Assembly: GCA_038229115.1 (NCBI GenBank)
Contig: JBBROQ010000002.1
Location: 1-52,126, forward strand
From: Planctomycetota bacterium
GTDB taxonomy: Bacteria > Planctomycetota > UBA11346
Direction: 5' to 3'
Length of the DNA: 52,126 nucleotides
A program made the translations under genes and the position numbers. The notes below the pieces were generated by a model. It was not told the origin of the DNA and made no database searches. It worked only from the letters and a program-made list of their open reading frames with translations. Positions 45,925 through 52,126 of the stretch are shown here, in pieces. Position 1 is the stretch's first letter. Every line of letters begins with the position of its first letter.

Positions 45925-48669
45925 TTAGCGCCGCCGACGCATGAAGCCGAGCGTGAGCGCGAGGAGCGCCAGGCTCGAGCCCAGACCGCAACCGCCGCCA
46001 CCGCCGCCGCTGGACGGCGGCGTGACCGGTGGCGTGACCGGTGGGGTCACGACACCAGCGGTGACGTCGAACGTGGTGCTGTTGGTGGCAGTGCCGAAGC
46101 CGGCATAAGCGGGAGCGTTGGCAGTCAGCGTCACCGTGCCGACACCGGTGATGGTGACGGTGGTGCCGCTGACAGTGGCCACGCTATTGTTCGACGAGGT
46201 GATGGTCACCGGTGCGCCCAAGTTGTCGCTGACGGTCAGGGCGAATGGCGCCGAGCTAGTCGTTTTCGCGCCGGGGTTGGTCAGGTCGATGCGATGAAAC
46301 CGTACCGCCTCAAGCGTCGCGGTCTGACCGGCGGAACTGCCGTCAACCGCGGTTAACTCGGCGCTGAAATTCAGGGATGCCACATCGGCGCTGCTGCTCA
46401 GACCGCTGAAGGTGACGGTCTTGCTGCCGGCGGTGACGGTGCGGGTGGTCGTTCCGGTCAGCGTGCCGCCATCGCTGCGGCGCACCTGCACGGTCAGCGC
46501 ATTGGTCAGGCTTGCGACCACGAAGCCTTGTCCGCACAGCGTGAGCGTGACCGTGAAGTTGCTATTCTCACCGCTGATCGTCGCCGTCAGGCGCGCCGGC
46601 AGCACATGGTCCATTCGGCGCACGCGGAAGCTGAGGTTGTCGCTGAAGTAGATCCGACCGGTCGTGTCCTCTGCCAAACCATTCGGAAAGATCGCGGTGG
46701 CCAATGCCGCAGTGCCGTCGACGACAGCGTTGGCGGTGGGACTGCCGGCCAGCACTTCGGTCGCGCCGTTGACCGGGTCGACCCGGAACAGGCGGTTCGT
46801 ATCACCGACCAGCAGATTGCCGTCGCGATCGATCTTCACCGCGCGGATGGTGTCATTGAAGCGGGTGCCCAGGGCGACGGTCGCGGTGCCCGGACTTTCG
46901 CCGGAACGATAACCGGCGACCCGTTCGATCACGCCATCGCTGACGCGCACCCGGCGCACCACCGCATTGCGGGTGTCGGCGATGTAGAGGTTACCGGCGC
47001 TGTCGAACGTGATGCCATACGGCGAGAACAGCAGCGCCGCCGTGGCCGGGCCACCATCGCCGCTACTGCCCGAGGTGCCGGTACCCGCGACCACTTGCAC
47101 CGTGCCGCCGCTGAAACGCACGATGCGGTGATGGTCTGCGTCAGCGCCATACAGCATGCCGTCGGGGCCGATGGTCAGGCTGTAGATGTAACCGAGGTTA
47201 GCATTGGCATAGGTTGCGCCGCTGCTGAGGTCGCTGCCACCTCCGGCAAAATGGCTGATGGTGCCATCGACCGCGACCTGCGCGATGCCGTCTTGAAAGC
47301 CGATCAGAATGCTGCCGTCGCTACGCCGCAGCACCGACACCGGCCCGGACATATACGTTGTTAAGGCGTTCACGCCGTACGTCGTGCCCGAACTGGACCC
47401 GCGGAGGCCGGCCACGCCCACTGTGCGGCCGGCGGCCGGCGGTAGTGCGGCTTTCAGAACGAAGGCGAGGCCAAATTCCGCGACCAGCACGTCGGTGCCA
47501 TTGCTGACGTCAATGCCGTACGGAATGCGCAGGTTGGCGTTCTTGCCCAACTGCTGATCGCCGTTGGCCTGGCCGCCACCGATGATGGTACTGACGATGC
47601 CGGTGCCGGCGTCGATGCGGCGGATCATGCCCGTGCCGCGGCTATCGCCGACGAACACATTGCCGGCGGCGTCGACGGCGATCGTACGGGGATTGTTGAA
47701 GCTGGCGCTTAGGCGGGGGCCGCCGTCGCCGGCATACGTATTCGTGGATCCGCCCGAATGGGCGATGCCGGCAAACACGCTGGTGGTGGTCGCGCTCTCA
47801 CGCAGCAGCAATTGATTGGTGTTCCATGGCACGGCCATCAATACCTTGCCGTCAGGCATTTTGGCCAAGCTGCTGATGCCATATGTCGCGGTGATGTCGC
47901 GGGTGACGGTGTTGCCGCCAGCCAGATCAACGCGCAGCAAATGATCGCCCTCGGTCATCAACAGCGTGTTGTCATCCAACAGCAGCAGAGCGTAGACCTC
48001 GCCCAGCGCATACGTCGCGCCCGCAACCGCACCGGTGAAGGTCGCACCGGTGCCGGTGGCGCCGGTACCAACGATGGTGCTGATGGTGCCGTCCAGGGCG
48101 ATGCGACGCAGGCGGCGATTGGCGCTATCAGCCACCAGGATCACGCCGGTGCTGGTGCGGGCGACCGCATTTATCCGGTCGAAACGCGCGTCCAACGCCG
48201 GGCCGCCATCGCCGGAAAAGCCGCCGAATGGGCTACCGGCAATCACATGCACGGTGGCATCGCTGCGGCGGTATTGCGCGATTTGCCGCTCGCCTTGCAC
48301 GAACCAGACATCGCCGTTGCTGGCCACGGTGAGGGCCGAGGAATACAGCGGCGACGCCGTGGCACTGACGTTGTCGGCCACCGACCCACGCACCCCGTTG
48401 CCGACCAAAGCGCTGGTGAAACGTCCGGTTGCGAGATCGAAGCGGCGAATGCGTGCGGATTCGGCCGCCGATACCAACAACGTGCCGTCACTGGCGAAAG
48501 CCAAGCCGCCACCCGGGGTGCCTGAATCAACGCCCAGGCCGCCGTCTTCGCAGCCGCCTACGATGGTGGTCAACGTGTCGAGCGCCGGAGCGCTGAACGG
48601 GATGCTGGCCAGCAGCATCAGCAGAGCTAGGTGACGAAGGATGGGCGCGAAAAGGCGGCGAACGGACAT
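45925..48669 (-). CDS. Secreted NHL-repeat (beta-propeller) protein with Ig-like domain(s) and Gly-Cys C-terminal sorting signal
   Basis: Signal peptide; repeated G(F/S)SGDGGPA..P.GI..D..GN.YIAD motifs; SSNNSVATVSGTTVTITGVGTVTLTA Ig-like; VTPP x3; GGGGGGCG-LGSSLALLALTLGF-MRRRR. Confidence 0.88.
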   Translation of the reverse strand: MSVRRLFAPILRHLALLMLLASIPFSAPALDTLTTIVGGCEDGGLGVDSGTPGGGLAFASDGTLLVSAAESARIRRFDLATGRFTSALVGNGVRGSVADNVSATASPLYSSALTVASNGDVWFVQGERQIAQYRRSDATVHVIAGSPFGGFSGDGGPALDARFDRINAVARTSTGVILVADSANRRLRRIALDGTISTIVGTGATGTGATFTGAVAGATYALGEVYALLLLDDNTLLMTEGDHLLRVDLAGGNTVTRDITATYGISSLAKMPDGKVLMAVPWNTNQLLLRESATTTSVFAGIAHSGGSTNTYAGDGGPRLSASFNNPRTIAVDAAGNVFVGDSRGTGMIRRIDAGTGIVSTIIGGGQANGDQQLGKNANLRIPYGIDVSNGTDVLVAEFGLAFVLKAALPPAAGRTVGVAGLRGSSSGTTYGVNALTTYMSGPVSVLRRSDGSILIGFQDGIAQVAVDGTISHFAGGGSDLSSGATYANANLGYIYSLTIGPDGMLYGADADHHRIVRFSGGTVQVVAGTGTSGSSGDGGPATAALLFSPYGITFDSAGNLYIADTRNAVVRRVRVSDGVIERVAGYRSGESPGTATVALGTRFNDTIRAVKIDRDGNLLVGDTNRLFRVDPVNGATEVLAGSPTANAVVDGTAALATAIFPNGLAEDTTGRIYFSDNLSFRVRRMDHVLPARLTATISGENSNFTVTLTLCGQGFVVASLTNALTVQVRRSDGGTLTGTTTRTVTAGSKTVTFSGLSSSADVASLNFSAELTAVDGSSAGQTATLEAVRFHRIDLTNPGAKTTSSAPFALTVSDNLGAPVTITSSNNSVATVSGTTVTITGVGTVTLTANAPAYAGFGTATNSTTFDVTAGVVTPPVTPPVTPPSSGGGGGGCGLGSSLALLALTLGFMRRRR

Positions 48670-48807
48670 GCAGAAGCTCCTGGTGCGATACGGGGCGAAG
48701 TGTTTAGGGCTCTGTTAAGGGACTGTCAACGTGACTGACACAGGTTGACTTTGAGCTGGCGCCGTCCATGGCGCCGCGCATTGGCTAGGCATGTGCGTTA
48801 AGCGCGC

Positions 48808-49680
48808 ATGAACACCACCCTGCTCGCAGAAACCGACATCCTGCCGCTGACCTGCACGCGTGCGGGCACCTGCTGCCATGGCGCGCAGGTGATGCTGACG
48901 CCGTGGGAATTGGCGCGCTTGGCCGCGGCCACCGGGCTGAGCCCGCGTGATTTCCGCGACGCGCATACTGCCGATGGCGGCACTCGCCTGCGTTTCACCG
49001 GTAAGGCCGGCGGACCCCGCCTAAAACCGGCGTGCGACATGTATGCGGATGGCCGCGGTTGCACCGTCCATCCGGCGCGACCGCTGGCCTGCCGGATGTA
49101 TCCGCTCGGGCGAATGAAGGCCGACGGCAAGGTGCGCTATCATCATCCCGGTCAGGAACTGTCGTGCGTCAGCCTATGCCCCAGCGTGCAGGAACTGCCG
49201 GTGCAGACCGTCGCCGATTATTTGCGCGGGCAGCAGATCGACGGCGGCACCGCTGCACATGATGGCTACGGACGATTGGTGTACGGCCTGCTGGCGACTG
49301 CCGGCGGTATCGTCACGCGCGCCGGAGCGGCGATCGATCATCTCCTTTTGAACCGCGAATTGGTGCGGCGGGCCGGGTTGTCGCCGCTGCAACGCGCCGG
49401 GACCTTGCCCACCGCTTGGTTCGATCGTTTGACCATTCCTGATCTGCCCGAAGCGGTCGAAGATCCCGAGGCATTCGTGTACGCGCACGCGCATCTGCTG
49501 ATGCGCGACGTGCAGCGCGACTTGGTGCGCTACACGCTCGCCGATGCGGTGCTGATCGTCATGACCATGGCCCTGCATTTGGCCCCAACCGTCGGCACCG
49601 ACAGCGTCATGGTGGTGGAGGCCTTTCGTGCCTACGCCCGCGGGGCCGCCACGCCCCAACAGCCCGCCGCCGCCGGCTGA
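48808..49680 (+). CDS. YkgJ-family (CxxCxxCC-type) cysteine cluster protein
   Basis: CTRAGTCC, C....GCTVHPARPLACRMYPLGR, C..LCP. Confidence 0.85.
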   Translation: MNTTLLAETDILPLTCTRAGTCCHGAQVMLTPWELARLAAATGLSPRDFRDAHTADGGTRLRFTGKAGGPRLKPACDMYADGRGCTVHPARPLACRMYPLGRMKADGKVRYHHPGQELSCVSLCPSVQELPVQTVADYLRGQQIDGGTAAHDGYGRLVYGLLATAGGIVTRAGAAIDHLLLNRELVRRAGLSPLQRAGTLPTAWFDRLTIPDLPEAVEDPEAFVYAHAHLLMRDVQRDLVRYTLADAVLIVMTMALHLAPTVGTDSVMVVEAFRAYARGAATPQQPAAAG

Positions 49681-49702
49681 CTCTCGGTGACCGGCGCGCG
49701 AC

Positions 49703-50914
49703 TCAGCGTGGTGCGACAACAGTCGACGCCTGCTCGGCCGGGCGCAGACCAAACGACAACGCGATGCCCACCACGGTGAAGCCAACTGCGAGCCATCCGA
49801 CTAGGCCAAAATGTTGCATCGGCTGGCCCGGTGGCTGCACGATAATCATTCCCGAAAGCAACGCGGCGAGCGCCGAGAACAGCGCCTGACCGGACGAGTT
49901 CACGCTCATAAAGCTGCCGCGCAGCTGCGCCGGAACCGCTGCGGTAATCATGGTGAATGCCGGCACCAAGCGGCCGCCGACAAAGGCGATGAACACCGTC
50001 ATCACCAGCACCGCCAACCACAACGGCACCACCGGCAGATGCGTCAGCACCAAAAGCGGCGCGATCGATACCGCTGACATGCCCAGAAAAACGCGATGTT
50101 TGCCGATGCGATCAGACATTTTTCCAATCAGCGGCGAAGTGAATACCGTCACCAAACCACCGCACAAATAACCCAGGCCCAAGTGCGCTTCGCTGATGCC
50201 GACATTCGCGAACAGATAGGGACTGATGAACGGGATCACGCTGAAGCCGGCGATCATCAACACCGCGCTGAAGGCGAGCGCGCGCAGGCGCTGACGATCA
50301 TTCACCACGCTCAACAACGTGCGCAGCGGCGCTGCGGCTTGGCTGCTGTTGAGGTGTCCGCGCATACTGGGCACCAGCGCAACGCTGACCACGAACACCA
50401 CCGCGCACACGCCAGCGAGCACGAAGAACGGCGCCTCCCAATCGGCTTGCGCGGCGAGGTACACGCCGGCCGGTACCCCCAGCACTGACGCGATCGAAAA
50501 CGCCGACATCACCGCGCCCATCGCCGCACCCCGGCGCTGATACGGGATAGCATCGCCGATGATCGCGAATACCAAAGCACCCAACACGCCACCGAACGCG
50601 CCGGCGCTGATGCGCGCCGCCAACAGCAGCGGAAAGCTGTGCGCCAACGCGCACGCGAACGTCGACAGACCGAAGCCGAAGAACAACGTCAGCAACGCGG
50701 TGCGACGGTCGAAACGGTCGAGCACCAGCGCGCCGATCAGACCGCTGATGCAGGCGCTGAAATTGTACGACGACACTAACCACGCGAACGCCTGCGCATC
50801 GATGTGCAGCGTGCGCATCAGATTCGGCCCGAGCGGCATCATCAGCACGAAGTCGAGGATGTTGCAGAACTGCACCGCAGTCAGCACCGCGATCAGACGA
50901 GTCTCGTTGGTCAT
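49703..50914 (-). CDS. MFS transporter (DHA1-like)
   Basis: Twelve hydrophobic segments; motif A DRFDRR and DRIGKH; RRGAAMG. Confidence 0.9.
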   Translation of the reverse strand: MTNETRLIAVLTAVQFCNILDFVLMMPLGPNLMRTLHIDAQAFAWLVSSYNFSACISGLIGALVLDRFDRRTALLTLFFGFGLSTFACALAHSFPLLLAARISAGAFGGVLGALVFAIIGDAIPYQRRGAAMGAVMSAFSIASVLGVPAGVYLAAQADWEAPFFVLAGVCAVVFVVSVALVPSMRGHLNSSQAAAPLRTLLSVVNDRQRLRALAFSAVLMIAGFSVIPFISPYLFANVGISEAHLGLGYLCGGLVTVFTSPLIGKMSDRIGKHRVFLGMSAVSIAPLLVLTHLPVVPLWLAVLVMTVFIAFVGGRLVPAFTMITAAVPAQLRGSFMSVNSSGQALFSALAALLSGMIIVQPPGQPMQHFGLVGWLAVGFTVVGIALSFGLRPAEQASTVVAPR

Positions 50915-51051
50915 GGCCGTCCTATCGTGGTCGGAACACTACGACGTAGACCGCGGTGTGGATCGGTCGACCCAGGACGCGAACGACGATTCGAACACAC
51001 GGACTTCCCCGCGCTGGTTGCTCTGCCCGCGCTGCCGGCGACGGTGCGGGC

Positions 51052-51972
51052 GTGGACGCTCCCGCTCGCTCGTCGCAGTTTTTATCGCGCTTCGCGGCGC
51101 TGCTGACGGGACTACGGCCGCATCAGTGGAGCAAAAATCTGCTTGTCCTGCTGCCATTGGTGGCGGCGCATGCGTGGCGCGATGGCGATGCGGTTCGCGC
51201 GGCGCTGTTGGCGGCCGGCGCGTGGTGTTTGGGCGCGTCGGGTTTGTATCTGCTCAACGATCTTGCCGATTTGCGCGCGGATCGCGCGCATCCGCGCAAA
51301 CGGGCGCGGCCATTGGCCAGTGGCGCGTTGCCGATCTCCTGGGGCGTTATCGCCGCGGCGGTGCTGCTGAGTGCCGGTATCGCACTCGCGTATCTGGCCG
51401 CACCGGGCGCGGGCGCGGGCTGGGCGCTGTGCGCGTATGCCGCGTTGTGCATCGCCTATTCGGCGCGGCTGAAAACCTGGGCGTTTGTCGACCTGCTTGC
51501 GCTTGCCGGGTTGTTCACGCTGCGCGTGGTTGGCGGCGCACTCGCGATCGGACGCGTGCCGACGGTGTGGTTGTTGGCGTTCACGGTGTTTTTGGTGCTG
51601 GGCTTGGCGGCGATAAAGCGCTGTGCGGAACTTTTAGCGCTACCGCCGGGCGACGTCGGCCCGGAACGTCGCGGTTATCGCGCGGGCGATCTGCCGGTGC
51701 TGTTGGCGTTCGGAATGGCGGCCGGATTTCAGGCCGTAACCGTGCTGGCGCTGTATCTGCAAAGCACGCCGGCGCGCGATCAATACGCGCATCCGGAATG
51801 GTTATGGGCCTTGGTGCCGCTGCTGCTATTGGGCCAAGCGCGCTTATGGTTGGCGACGTGGCGCGGCCAAATGCTCGACGATCCGATTGTTTATTGTGCG
51901 CGCGATCCGGGTGGTTGGGCACTGGTCGCGTTGGCGCTGATCACGGTGCTGGCCGCGGCGGGCATGCGCTGA
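51052..51972 (+). CDS. UbiA-family prenyltransferase (decaprenyl-phosphate phosphoribosyltransferase-like)
   Basis: LRPHQWSKN, YLLNDLADLRADRAHPRKRARPLASG, YSARLK..AFVD, KRCAEL, DDPI; start uncertain (50956 or 51052). Confidence 0.88.
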   Translation: MDAPARSSQFLSRFAALLTGLRPHQWSKNLLVLLPLVAAHAWRDGDAVRAALLAAGAWCLGASGLYLLNDLADLRADRAHPRKRARPLASGALPISWGVIAAAVLLSAGIALAYLAAPGAGAGWALCAYAALCIAYSARLKTWAFVDLLALAGLFTLRVVGGALAIGRVPTVWLLAFTVFLVLGLAAIKRCAELLALPPGDVGPERRGYRAGDLPVLLAFGMAAGFQAVTVLALYLQSTPARDQYAHPEWLWALVPLLLLGQARLWLATWRGQMLDDPIVYCARDPGGWALVALALITVLAAAGMR

Positions 51973-52002
51973 ACGCACGCCCGCCGCGGCAGCTTTTTCG
52001 AC

Positions 52003-52125
52003 TCATCCAATTTGTTTGCGGATGCGATCGTCCAAAGCCGTCTGATCGATCACGAACGACGCCAGCGCGGCCAAGTTCAACACCGTGTCGATCGCCAATT
52101 CGCCGGCCGCGATCTTTGCCGCCCA
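52003..52125 (-). CDS. 3' end of an unidentified gene entering from the window edge
   Basis: Open frame WAAKIAAGELAIDTVLNLAALASFVIDQTALDDRIRKQIG* with host-like codons, a different frame from the ORF-track call 51941..52126. Confidence 0.5.
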   Translation of the reverse strand, partial: WAAKIAAGELAIDTVLNLAALASFVIDQTALDDRIRKQIG

Positions 52126-52126
52126 A

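Noticed and set aside
46015-46052. 12-bp tandem repeat GGCGTGACCGGT
   Set aside because: Simply encodes the VTPP linker of the NHL protein
48700-48750. GTCAAC/GTTGAC inverted repeat, TTGACA-N17-TAAACA on the minus strand, and an IS-end-like GGCTCTGTTAA
   Set aside because: Short matches with a weak -10 and no transposase or partner end; plausible promoter for the NHL gene but not supportable
51941-52126. ORF-track 61-aa protein at window end
   Set aside because: It overlaps the UbiA gene end and has poor composition; the adjacent frame ending at 52003 looks like the true coding frame

Overview
GC-rich (roughly two-thirds G+C by eye), gene-dense bacterial chromosomal window. The gene content (Cys-containing C-terminal sorting tail, paired Gfo/Idh/MocA genes, many secreted TPR proteins) suggests a PVC/Planctomycetota-like organism, but this is inference only. 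Housekeeping genes: NodI/NodJ-like ABC exporter, tRNA-Gln(CUG), pabB-like, nadC, trpS, Bcp-type peroxiredoxin, M50 protease, cheA-cheW-cheB, pdxJ, bioF, UDG, MFS and UbiA-family genes. Two accessory blocks stand out. (1) At ~28.7-40.0 kb is a translationally coupled TolC + MacB operon carrying five different membrane-fusion (MFP/HlyD-like) modules. These are a tandem double MFP, a second probable double MFP (split by an apparent frameshift, with a galactose-binding-like domain inserted) and an MFP with a very long coiled coil. The operon lies between AraC/GH4 alpha-galactosidase and AraC/Gfo-Idh-MocA sugar-catabolism genes. This is the best candidate for an undescribed system. (2) At ~10.2-15.2 kb is a compositionally foreign three-gene cassette: a secreted helical-repeat protein, a secreted protein with an AT-richer HExxH C-terminus, and a downstream AT-richer gene, resembling a polymorphic effector/immunity module. 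Two in-frame stops (TGA 2950, TAG 14979) and one probable frameshift (~34817) may be real lesions or assembly errors. No CRISPR array, rRNA, integrase or transposase was seen. All family calls are from motif recognition by eye; no searches were run.
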